Source: Candidatus Bathyarchaeia archaeon
GTDB lineage: Archaea > Thermoproteota > CALKCG01 > B24
Reading direction: 5' to 3'
Length of the DNA: 64,000 nucleotides
Assembly: GCA_038870975.1 (NCBI GenBank)
Contig: JAVZJD010000001.1
Coordinates: 416,001 to 480,000, forward strand
Made by a program: the position numbers and the translations under genes. Position 1 is the first letter of the stretch, and every line of letters begins with the position of its first letter. Under the pieces are notes generated by a model. That model saw only the letters and a program-made list of their open reading frames with translations, was not told where the DNA came from and searched no databases. Shown here piece after piece: positions 20,730-29,591 of the stretch.

Positions 20730-20783
20730 TGAGTCCCTCCCTCCTCTACGTAGAGGGGTATTCTACTGCTTTTAACTTTTCGG

Positions 20784-21590
20784 TTAAAGCCTTAAAAGCT
20801 CCAATATTTCAAATGCTAGTTCCACCGTGGAGGTAGCTATTAGAGCTAACCTCGTGTCGACTGCCAGTTTGAAGCTCAATTCTCCTCCAAATTCGTCGGT
20901 TATAACCCCTCCAGCCTCTCTAACAATCAGTACTCCGGCTGAAGCATCTACCGCTCTTAAGACCCCTCTCAAATCTATGAATACGTCGAAGACTCCGGAA
21001 GCAACCATACAGAAGTGTAGAGCATTGGAGCCTAAAGACCTTACACTGTATGCTCTCTCTACGACCGGTAAAAGTAGGGATAGGTATTTAAAAGCTCTAC
21101 CTTTAGCACTAACATCTAGCGATATGATACTCTCACTGAGGCTTTTGACTTTCGAAACCGTTATCCGCCTGTCGTTTAAAAACGCACCTACTCCTCTGGC
21201 CGCGTAGTAAATAGCTCCTCTAGAGAAGTCTACAACCCCTCCGACAACTATATCACTTGAACTGTATCCTTCGGCTAAGGCAAGCGATGTTGAGAATATT
21301 GGAAAACCCCTTGAGGCATTGGTAGAGCCGTCTATCGGGTCTAGTACGGCTATTATACCACCTCCTCCATGTACTTTCACAACGCCAGCATCTTCAGAGA
21401 CTAGTGTAAACCCTCCGATCTTCTCCGAAAGCGCATCAACTACTATTTTCTCAGCCAACTTATCTATGAGCAGAGTCCTCCCAGAGACTGGTTTAAAGGC
21501 CTCTGGGCTTTCAAGAGCTTTAACTATTCTAGACTTCGATTCCTCTAAAACTTCCTTTAAGACCTTTAAGTAGTCCATTGGACTGCTCAT
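20784..21590 (-). CDS. Inositol monophosphatase / FBPase (SuhB-like)
   Basis: SED, LDPIDGSTN, RSLGS, DASAG...EAGG. Confidence 0.92.
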   Translation of the reverse strand: MSSPMDYLKVLKEVLEESKSRIVKALESPEAFKPVSGRTLLIDKLAEKIVVDALSEKIGGFTLVSEDAGVVKVHGGGGIIAVLDPIDGSTNASRGFPIFSTSLALAEGYSSSDIVVGGVVDFSRGAIYYAARGVGAFLNDRRITVSKVKSLSESIISLDVSAKGRAFKYLSLLLPVVERAYSVRSLGSNALHFCMVASGVFDVFIDLRGVLRAVDASAGVLIVREAGGVITDEFGGELSFKLAVDTRLALIATSTVELAFEILELLRL

Positions 21591-21952
21591 CCTCTACGGC
21601 TTTTAAGGATCACTAGTGCACTTGCAAGGTTTCCACCGGATTCTTCTAAGGCCTTCCTAGCCTCTTCAACCGTTACACCCGTTTGAGAAGCTAGAAGCAT
21701 TACATCGTCTTCGGATATCTCAGGTTTTTCTACAACCTCTTCAGTCTTCTCGACAGCCTTCTCAGAAATTCTCCCAGTTATTTGGAAGACTTTCTGACCT
21801 CCAACCTCCATAACCATTACATTGGGTTCTTCAATTAGAAGCTCCTTCTCATCCATATATATGACTACTCTCTCAACACCGTCGAGAGCCTCCATTTTAA
21901 CACCCATACGGCTCATAAGTCTCCTAGCTTCCCTAGGGCTTATCTTCCTCAA
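21587..21952 (-). CDS. nac: Nascent polypeptide-associated complex protein
   Basis: NAC domain plus C-terminal UBA-like region (EDDVMLLASQTGV...GNLA). Confidence 0.95.
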   Translation of the reverse strand: MRKISPREARRLMSRMGVKMEALDGVERVVIYMDEKELLIEEPNVMVMEVGGQKVFQITGRISEKAVEKTEEVVEKPEISEDDVMLLASQTGVTVEEARKALEESGGNLASALVILKSRRG

Positions 21953-22330
21953 CTAGGTCTCCACATAACTTTCACACTTGGACGTTTAAAACCGTTACTA
22001 ATGACTCCGTCACAATCTCTCCCACTTCTGAAGAAGGTAGGTCTCCTCACGACAGATTAGTGAATTTCTCTGAATTTAAAGAAGCCCAGTAGTAGTCCTA
22101 TATAGACATGCGTTAAACTCTTAGGGGATACCTTCTGTCTTAGAAAACCCGAGTTGTAAAGAACCCCCTGGTTAAGATTATTAGTATAAATGGTAAAAAG
22201 TCATCCAATGATGGATTTAAACTGCTACTTCCTTTGACATTTCTTCTACCTGAGAAATATTTCCCAAAAAGGCATGTAACTTTTTGCGGTAAAATTTCCA
22301 TTAAGCTAAAATTCCTCTTCTGATTAGGCT

Positions 22331-23821
22331 CTACCTGTAGTAGTTTTTCAAAGCGTTTAAGGCTTTGATGTATTGCTCATAAAGGTTTATGTAGATTTCC
22401 CTGTTTTGGCTTGGGATGTATGTTTCACTTATACGTACTGACGATAGGGCTTCTTCAAAGCTACTGTAGACACCTATTCCTTTAAAGGCTGTTAAAGCGG
22501 CTCCGAATACCGTGGCTTCCCTTATGGTGTTTACGTAGATGGGCATAGCCGTTACGTCTGCTCTCAACTGATTCCAAAGTTTGTTCTTGGACCCCCCGCC
22601 TACAACTCTGACAGCGTTTATCTGGAAGCTTATAGATTTGATTAGAGCATTTACAGCGAGTTTAAGCTGGTAGCTTAAACCCTCAAGCGCAGCTCGATAT
22701 ACGTGGGCTCTAGAAGTCCCAAGCGTTAAACCGAGCAGTGTACCCTCTGTTTTAAATCTTCTAGTTGGACCAGAGTCTTTAACGAAGCTTGGTATGAATA
22801 GTAATCCTCCTGAACCGGGTGGTATGTCAGAGGCTTCTTTAACCAACGCATTGTAATCGCCTTCCGAAAGCTCAGGGTATAGCTTCTCCCTAACCCATTC
22901 CAAAACTGCTGAAGCTATCATCAGAAGCTGAGGATTCCAAAGGCCTGGCTCAACGTCAGCCTCGGTTATAACACCCCATTCAAACCCCTCCCTAGAAGGG
23001 TTAAAAACACTACTTCTAACCGCCAGGATTTCCCAAGTGCCACTTGACAGTACAGCCTCACCGTGTTTAACACCAGCTCCCAATATTGCGAATTGAGTAT
23101 CATGGCCGCCTACGACAACAGGAGTACCCTCGGCTAAGCCGGTTTCCTCAGAAGCTTTAGCCGTAACGTAGCCTACTATTTCGCCAGGTTCAAACCAGTC
23201 AGGGAAGAACCCCGCGTCTAACTTGGCCAGTTTAAGCATATCAGGAGACCAATCCCTCTTGGCGAGGTCCATAGCCATCATAGTGGAGGCGCTGGTAGGT
23301 TCTACGTGGAATACGTTTGTAAGCCTATGCGTTATTAAACCAGGCATCATAAGCCATGTATAGGCTTCATCCAAAGCCTTAGGCTCATTCTCCCTAAGCC
23401 AGATGAGCTTCAAAAGCGTATTGAAGGATATTATCTGGTAGCCTGTTATTCTGTATATCTCCCAAGGGTCCATAATCGATGGTAATTGCTCAGCGAGCCG
23501 AATAGTCCTGGGGCATTGCCAACATATGGGTGGATAGGTCAATTCACCGTTTCTCTTAACTGGAGCACCATCAGCCCCCCAAGTGGTAACGATCACAGCG
23601 TCAACTCTACTGACCTTGGATAATACGCTTCTAAGAACAACACGTATCCTATTCCACAGTTCATCCATATCCCATATGAGCCAACCAGTTCTACCGGGTT
23701 GAGGCGAAGGCCTATTCGACACGGTAGATTGAGCTGTAAAAGCACCGTTTGAATCTACAATAACAGCTCTAACATTCGTAGAGCCGCAGTCTATAACTGC
23801 CACACGCCTATCAGTCTTCAT
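22331..23821 (-). CDS. FGGY carbohydrate kinase, L-fuculokinase-like
   Basis: IDCGSTNVRA, WQCPRT, GGHDTQFA, SSGTWEIL, GGGSKN. Confidence 0.88.
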   Translation of the reverse strand: MKTDRRVAVIDCGSTNVRAVIVDSNGAFTAQSTVSNRPSPQPGRTGWLIWDMDELWNRIRVVLRSVLSKVSRVDAVIVTTWGADGAPVKRNGELTYPPICWQCPRTIRLAEQLPSIMDPWEIYRITGYQIISFNTLLKLIWLRENEPKALDEAYTWLMMPGLITHRLTNVFHVEPTSASTMMAMDLAKRDWSPDMLKLAKLDAGFFPDWFEPGEIVGYVTAKASEETGLAEGTPVVVGGHDTQFAILGAGVKHGEAVLSSGTWEILAVRSSVFNPSREGFEWGVITEADVEPGLWNPQLLMIASAVLEWVREKLYPELSEGDYNALVKEASDIPPGSGGLLFIPSFVKDSGPTRRFKTEGTLLGLTLGTSRAHVYRAALEGLSYQLKLAVNALIKSISFQINAVRVVGGGSKNKLWNQLRADVTAMPIYVNTIREATVFGAALTAFKGIGVYSSFEEALSSVRISETYIPSQNREIYINLYEQYIKALNALKNYYR

Positions 23822-23955
23822 ACAAAGAAGACTACTATCGCTGGAAACTTAAGTTTTCAGATATTATATTCTATATAAAGAGTAAGTATAGGGAGTGATG
23901 GATGATTTAAAACCATCTTAAAACTTAAGTTTCAAGAGCGGAGTAGTAAGCTTCG

Positions 23956-24723
23956 GTGGTTATTCTGAAGGTTGTAGATGCACATGTCCATCCTCCAACT
24001 GATGGAAACATTAGAAAGTTTGTAGAAACGTGTGAAAAAGCTGGAATTGTGAAAAGCTTTATATGCGGCCTTCCAGAGGGTTTTGGAAAAATGGGCAATG
24101 ATGCCGTTGAGAAGGCTTTCAGAGAATACCCAGATTTGATTAAAGGATTTGGATACGTAGACTTGGGGAGAGACAGTATTCAAGTAGTAGACAATTTATA
24201 CGCTAGAGGGTTCACAGGGCTTAAGTTTATAGGTCCCCCGAAGCCCTACGACGTAGACGAATATTTCCCATACTATGAACGCGCAGAACAATATGGCATG
24301 ATTACGCTGTTCCACACAGGTATAGTAGCTAGAAGCGAAACCGACAAGATTAGAAGAGTTTCATCTAGAAACATGCGCCCAGTCTACTTGGAGACTATAG
24401 CTAGAAGCTTTCCAAAGCTTAAAATAATTGGAGCCCACCTTGGCCACCCATGGTGTGAAGAAGCCACAGTAGTATCGTTTCATAATCCGAACGTCTACTT
24501 CGACGTTTCAGGAGGACATACGTTTTACATAGCCTTAACTCTTAGAAGCCGCCTATTCTTTGATATTAAGACTTCTAAGCTCCTCTTTGGTTCAGACTCA
24601 CAGCCGGAGGAATTTCAAAAATACATACACTTCTGGCTGACTGTACTCCCCCAGCTTGGAGCTACTAGAGAACAAATAGAGGAGATATTCTATAAGAACG
24701 CTGAATCTCTCCTTAAGAGATGA
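23956..24723 (+). CDS. Amidohydrolase_2 family protein
   Basis: DAHVH, FHTG, GAHLGHP, FGSD. Confidence 0.9.
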   Translation: MVILKVVDAHVHPPTDGNIRKFVETCEKAGIVKSFICGLPEGFGKMGNDAVEKAFREYPDLIKGFGYVDLGRDSIQVVDNLYARGFTGLKFIGPPKPYDVDEYFPYYERAEQYGMITLFHTGIVARSETDKIRRVSSRNMRPVYLETIARSFPKLKIIGAHLGHPWCEEATVVSFHNPNVYFDVSGGHTFYIALTLRSRLFFDIKTSKLLFGSDSQPEEFQKYIHFWLTVLPQLGATREQIEEIFYKNAESLLKR

Positions 24724-26033
24724 GTTTTATGTTGGATTTTAAGGTTGAAATGCCGATGTTGAAGACACCAATATCGCTTATAGTAGACGACCCTGCGCCG
24801 TATGTAAACCACTTATACTATCTCAAGAAATTCCTAAATCCCAACTACCCAGAATACTATGAGGAATTTAAAACAATTCCGAACGAATTCTTGGAAAGCT
24901 TCATAGCAGTCGTAAAGAGGCAAAATATCAAGGGAAAGTTTAGCGTTATTCCAAACCCAGCAGGCCAAGGGTACATAGATAGTGGAGTCGAAGGGTACCC
25001 GAAGGAGGGGGTGGAGTGGTGGATTAGAAAGGTTAGAGAAGATGTAGCCCCTCTATTCGACATAACACCTGAGATGCTAACCCATACGAATGCTCTAGAT
25101 CTTAAAACAGGTAAACTCCTACCTATGCATGAGCAGACCTGGGCCAGTAGTCAAACAGTTGAAACTTTGACAGACTACATAGCTAAAGCCTTGGAGACCC
25201 TGAAGAACGTAGGCTTTGAAACGAACGGTGTAACATCCCCAGGGGCCTTCGGCATAGACGTAGAGTCTAAGTATGCGAAGGCTGTTTTAAACGCCGTTAA
25301 GAGGGTTTACGGAGTTAAATTGGCATGGTACTTTCTTAAAGTCGATCCAAGATCATACGTGGTCTATCCAAAGCTTGCCTACCTTGATAAATACGATGGG
25401 GAAGCCGTGGTAAGCATTGTAAGCGGCAATGATGATGTAATATGGGAAACTATGACGCCTGAGAGTAGGAGGACGTGGTGTAGAGGTAGAGCATTAGAGT
25501 ATGCAGACTACTACATAACCAGCGACGGTAAAAGGGGGAGGCTAGTGGAACTGTTAAACTCTGGAAGCTACGTAATCTTCCATACGCATTGGAATAGCCT
25601 ATGGTCTAACGGTGCTGAGCATGGTTTAGAGGTTATGGATGAAGTCTTTGAAAGGTTGAACAGTCTACTTAAAGATAGAATAATATGGATGAAGCTTAGT
25701 GAAATAGCATCACATTACGCCGCTTCGAAGACGCTGGACATTCATGTGGATAGGAGGAGTAGATTTTTAAGGTTACTTGTTGAGAATATGTTTCCATGCA
25801 GGGATTTAACGGTGAGTTTTAGAGTAGACTTTAAAGTTGGGAAAGTTCAACTGGCTAGAGGCCAGTATAGAAGCGGATGGGATGAAGCAAAGGTTTCCGA
25901 GACTGTGGCAGAGTTAAATAGATGCGAAAATGAATTGCAGTCTAACGGTTGGATTCAGAAGCAGGATAAAATATACGTATGCTTCGACAACACTATTGGA
26001 AACGTGCTAGAGCTAACGGAGGCATCTACTTGA
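24720..26033 (+). CDS. Conserved hypothetical protein, possibly NodB/polysaccharide-deacetylase-like fold
   Basis: Long ORF overlapping the amidohydrolase stop (ATGA). LIVDD, EMLTH, GVTSPG and FHTHW resemble CE4-like motifs (inference). Confidence 0.55.
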   Translation: MSFMLDFKVEMPMLKTPISLIVDDPAPYVNHLYYLKKFLNPNYPEYYEEFKTIPNEFLESFIAVVKRQNIKGKFSVIPNPAGQGYIDSGVEGYPKEGVEWWIRKVREDVAPLFDITPEMLTHTNALDLKTGKLLPMHEQTWASSQTVETLTDYIAKALETLKNVGFETNGVTSPGAFGIDVESKYAKAVLNAVKRVYGVKLAWYFLKVDPRSYVVYPKLAYLDKYDGEAVVSIVSGNDDVIWETMTPESRRTWCRGRALEYADYYITSDGKRGRLVELLNSGSYVIFHTHWNSLWSNGAEHGLEVMDEVFERLNSLLKDRIIWMKLSEIASHYAASKTLDIHVDRRSRFLRLLVENMFPCRDLTVSFRVDFKVGKVQLARGQYRSGWDEAKVSETVAELNRCENELQSNGWIQKQDKIYVCFDNTIGNVLELTEAST

Positions 26034-26367
26034 GGTCTATTGAAACTTCTCCACGCCTTACTACAACCGTAACCTCGTCGCCTATATCAGGCTTAAACTC
26101 GAGCGAATCCCACTCTCTCTTAGTCAGCCAAAGCGTAAACCTAGGTGTTCTAACCATGCCCCTCTGAGTGAAAGGCATACTTTGAATAACCTGTTGAATT
26201 ATTGGAGCAACTTCTCTAACTATCCCGGATTCATCGGTCGAAGTTATTATTGGAGGAGGGATAGGCTTATACTCTGAGAAATCCAATTTGACGCATTCGC
26301 CTTCAACAGGATCCTGCGTAAGAACCTTACTCGTAAGAACGGCTTTAAAAACTATATCCGCTTTCAT
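26026..26367 (-). CDS. Arcadin-1-like protein
   Basis: SKVLTQDP...VKLD...PPP...QQVIQSMPF...PRFTLWLT...DIGDEV closely follows Pyrobaculum arcadin-1 as I recall it. Confidence 0.8.
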   Translation of the reverse strand: MKADIVFKAVLTSKVLTQDPVEGECVKLDFSEYKPIPPPIITSTDESGIVREVAPIIQQVIQSMPFTQRGMVRTPRFTLWLTKREWDSLEFKPDIGDEVTVVVRRGEVSIDLK

Positions 26368-26953
26368 TTAGAGACCAAGTAAATTTAAGCATAGACTCTG
26401 CTTTAAAGTCTTTGTTTTAACGTGTAGACTTTACTTTCACACTAACGTATCATTCAGAACCTAAAGCTTTTTCAAGCTAACTCTCTTTAAAGGCTGAGGA
26501 CAACTTTTCAAGTTAAAAATAAGCCGTATAGAGACAGCCATTGAAGAGCTTGAACATGCAAGAGTTGAAAGAGAGGCTCTAGGCAAATCCATACTACTAA
26601 AGTCGAAAGCCTAAGCTTAACGCTAATATTCGAAGGAATATTGACGACTAGAAAAAAGCTCATACGAAATAGAAGTAGACGACGGATTAATATTAGTGGA
26701 CTATATAAATGGCGAGCCCCTGTTCAGACTTACACATGAGCACGCTACAACCTCCCAAAGTCTACAAGGTAGCACTCTAACTGGGGAAGAGAAGATAGAG
26801 AATAATGAGAGGGTTTAAACCATATGTAAAAATTAAGCTATTGGATATCATAGAGTTATCAATGTGAAAGCCGATACTATTATACACGTCCTCGGTAAGT
26901 TCGGCGGGTAAACTTTATTAAGGTAAACCTTAATAAGGAGACGTAGAGGTTCC

Positions 26954-27181
26954 ATGAGTGGATATGTCGTAGTGGCTGCAAAAGTCCCTAAGAAGGTTAA
27001 GGAGCTGATGGATACTCTAGGGATAAAACCAGGTCCTGTTATAAGAAAGGCTTTGGAGGAGGAGATTAAGAGGGTTCTTCTTGAGAAGTTGGAGGATGAC
27101 GCTAAAAGGCTTAGCTTAAAGCTTAAAGATATAACTGACGATGAGATTGCCGAGTTGATTAGAGAGGATCGGGAGCGTTGA
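26954..27181 (+). CDS. vapB: VapB-type antitoxin (RHH/CcdA-like)
   Basis: VAAKVPKKVKE...IRKALEEEI...LIREDRER; 4-nt overlap with the PIN gene. Confidence 0.8.
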   Translation: MSGYVVVAAKVPKKVKELMDTLGIKPGPVIRKALEEEIKRVLLEKLEDDAKRLSLKLKDITDDEIAELIREDRER

Positions 27182-27570
27182 AGTATCTTTTAGACGCTAG
27201 TGCCTTAGTGAATATCGTCAAAAGAGGAGAGCTATTTAAGCTGTATGATGCTGTAACCCTCGACTTAGCCTTGTATGAAGCTTTAAATGCTATTTGGAAG
27301 GAGCATTTTCAACTTAGAAAGATAGATAGGGACACAGCTATAGAGTTTATTACGATTTTCCAGAGAATTTTTAATGTAATAGATAAGATATCGATAGAGG
27401 GGTTGGAGAGGGAAGTGTTTGAAACTTCATGTAAATATGGACTAACAATTTACGATGCTTCATATATAACCATTGCCATGAAAAATGACTATATTCTAAT
27501 TACCGATGACGAAAAGCTTACAGGAAAGATTGGCGGAGTGCTAAAAGTGAAATCTAGTAGAGAAATATGA
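27178..27570 (+). CDS. vapC: VapC PIN-domain toxin
   Basis: YLLDASAL, YEALNAIWK, TIYDASYI, LITDD. Confidence 0.93.
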   Translation: MKYLLDASALVNIVKRGELFKLYDAVTLDLALYEALNAIWKEHFQLRKIDRDTAIEFITIFQRIFNVIDKISIEGLEREVFETSCKYGLTIYDASYITIAMKNDYILITDDEKLTGKIGGVLKVKSSREI

Positions 27571-27599
27571 CCATGCTCAACCATAAGTGGTCTACTATG

Positions 27600-27864
27600 T
27601 GTAAAATCCACGATTATTAAGGGATGGACGTCGAGACTGCTCAGAGTCCTTTTGACTGCCTCGTAAATTCCATTACGAGTACTTTCTCATAATCTAGTGT
27701 TTCACCCTCCACGGTCATCTCCCTGACTATAGCCACCTCATCCTTAAGCCTATGTCCAGTGGCACTCGTAAGAAAACTCTCCCTACCCGTGTACATAACG
27801 TCCAATACTTCGCCAAGCTTTTGTCAATAACGGTCATGGTAGCTCCAGTATCAACTAAAGCCTT
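27600..27864 (-). pseudogene. Retropepsin-like (clan AA) aspartyl protease remnant
   Basis: Manual translation KALVDTGATMTVIDKSLA, then a frameshift to EVLDVMYTGRESFLTSATGHRLKDEVAIVREMTVEGETLDYEKVLV. No start codon; ends approximate. Confidence 0.75.
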
Positions 27865-28070
27865 ACAATTTAGTAAAGAGCAAGTGAATAGACAAGTTTG
27901 TAGAACAATAATTTTATATGATTATGAGCACCCATAAACATCTATGATTGAAACAGCTAGAGAATAATAGTATCGACCCATATTTCGTGGAGAGCCTATG
28001 TAAATTCTCCGTAGAGAAATCGTAGTAAAGGTAGATGGGAGAAGGTCTGCCATACTGGGTATTTTTGACT

Positions 28071-28772
28071 TTAGATTACGTATGCTTCTACGTATTTATC
28101 GAAACCACGTTTTTCACAGACGTTAAGAAAGCTTTTCACATCGTCATATGATTTCTCATATATATGGGCTGAGTTTGAAAAATCGACGTAAGGTCCCGGT
28201 TCAACACCTATAGTTGACGCCACGGTTTTCATAAGCTCTGTTAAAGCTAGCATATTCATATGGGCTGCTCTAAATAGGTCGCGACTTCTCCACTCACTCT
28301 GCATGACAAGTTTACCGTTGTATATCTTAAACCAGAGCCTTTGAAGACATGGTGGAGAATCTAAATTCACATCTTTAACCGGTATCCATGTTATGGCTTG
28401 AGCTCTACGTGTATAGGGGATGTTTTTAAGTTTCCTAATTACGTAGTCCATCTGATTAAAGCCATCAACGCCGTATTTGAAAAGCCTCTCGTGGTAAGTA
28501 TAGGGGAGTTTACCTTCTTGAACAAGCCTATCTTTAGAGCCGTTTAAAACCTCTTCCATGTAATTCTTCAAGCCAACTACTGCTAAGACGTCCCCCCTGT
28601 GAACCCTAGGCTCTTTAAACGGATCCTCAACAACCATTAGAAGTGTGGCTTCTTTAGCCTTTTCACCATACTCTGTTGGGACTTCAACACCGTGTCTCCA
28701 AACCTCTAAAACTGCGTGCTCCCAGACCGAGGCTATTGAAGAGCCTCTAACAACTACTATTGGTGCTCTCAT
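28071..28772 (-). CDS. thyA: Thymidylate synthase, archaeal ThyA type
   Basis: YTYHERL, TRRAQAITW, PPCLQ (catalytic Cys), WRSRD, SAHIY. Confidence 0.9.
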   Translation of the reverse strand: MRAPIVVVRGSSIASVWEHAVLEVWRHGVEVPTEYGEKAKEATLLMVVEDPFKEPRVHRGDVLAVVGLKNYMEEVLNGSKDRLVQEGKLPYTYHERLFKYGVDGFNQMDYVIRKLKNIPYTRRAQAITWIPVKDVNLDSPPCLQRLWFKIYNGKLVMQSEWRSRDLFRAAHMNMLALTELMKTVASTIGVEPGPYVDFSNSAHIYEKSYDDVKSFLNVCEKRGFDKYVEAYVI

Positions 28773-28936
28773 GCCAAATAATAGTTTGGCTAAAAACTTC
28801 AATAAGTGTTTTTAACAGAGTTCAAACAATCGTCCACTATATGGAGGAGTCTAATACTGCTAATGTTAACATTTTCATGTAGACTAAACATGGAGAGTTA
28901 GCTTTATATTGGTTTTTACGAATTTAACATCAGCTA

Positions 28937-29581
28937 ATGGATAAAAACTGGGGTTTAAACGTTTTAAATGCTTTAACAGCTTTCTTCGGACCGGTTGAAC
29001 TAATCGAAAGAAGCCCTTTCAAAGTCCTCATAGCAACTATATTATCTCAGCATACTACAGACGTTAAAGCATATGAAGCCTACATCCGTCTGAATGAAAA
29101 GTTCAAAATTACTCCTGAGGCTTTAGCTTCAGCATCGCCTAGAGAAGTAGCAGAAGCCATAAGAATTGCAGGGCTTCAATGGAATAGAGCCAAGAAGATG
29201 ATTGAACTTTCAAAGTTTCTAACGGGAAGACCGGAGTTTTTCAAAGAAATTGGAAGACTAGATGTAGATGAGGCTAGGAGGAGGCTTATGGAACTGCCGG
29301 GTGTAGGAGAGAAGACTGCGGATATTGTACTATTATTCAGCTATGGTAAGCCTACATTTCCAATAGATACGCACATATTTAGAGTTTCAAAGAGGATGGG
29401 TCTTAGAAGCGATAGAAACGGCTATGAGAAGCTTAGGAAGCGCCTCTTAGAGGTCTTTCCTGAAGACCGCTATTTTGAAGCACATATACTTCTGATAAGA
29501 CTTGGCAGAGGATTCTGTAAGCCTAAAAAACCAAAGTGTGGAGAATGCCCAGTAAACACCCTATGCCCTAAAATCGTTTAG
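28937..29581 (+). CDS. nth: Endonuclease III (HhH-GPD, 4Fe-4S)
   Basis: ILSQHTTD, LPGVGEKTA, PIDTH, C-X6-C-X2-C-X5-C. Confidence 0.95.
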   Translation: MDKNWGLNVLNALTAFFGPVELIERSPFKVLIATILSQHTTDVKAYEAYIRLNEKFKITPEALASASPREVAEAIRIAGLQWNRAKKMIELSKFLTGRPEFFKEIGRLDVDEARRRLMELPGVGEKTADIVLLFSYGKPTFPIDTHIFRVSKRMGLRSDRNGYEKLRKRLLEVFPEDRYFEAHILLIRLGRGFCKPKKPKCGECPVNTLCPKIV

Positions 29582-29591
29582 AGTGTTGATT

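Noticed and set aside
22205-22255. Possible C/D box sRNA (ATGATGG ... CTGA)
   Set aside because: The C box is imperfect, there is no convincing D'/C' pair or terminal stem, and no target can be verified.
27752-27937. 61-aa plus-strand ORF
   Set aside because: It is the shadow of the minus-strand aspartyl protease relic.
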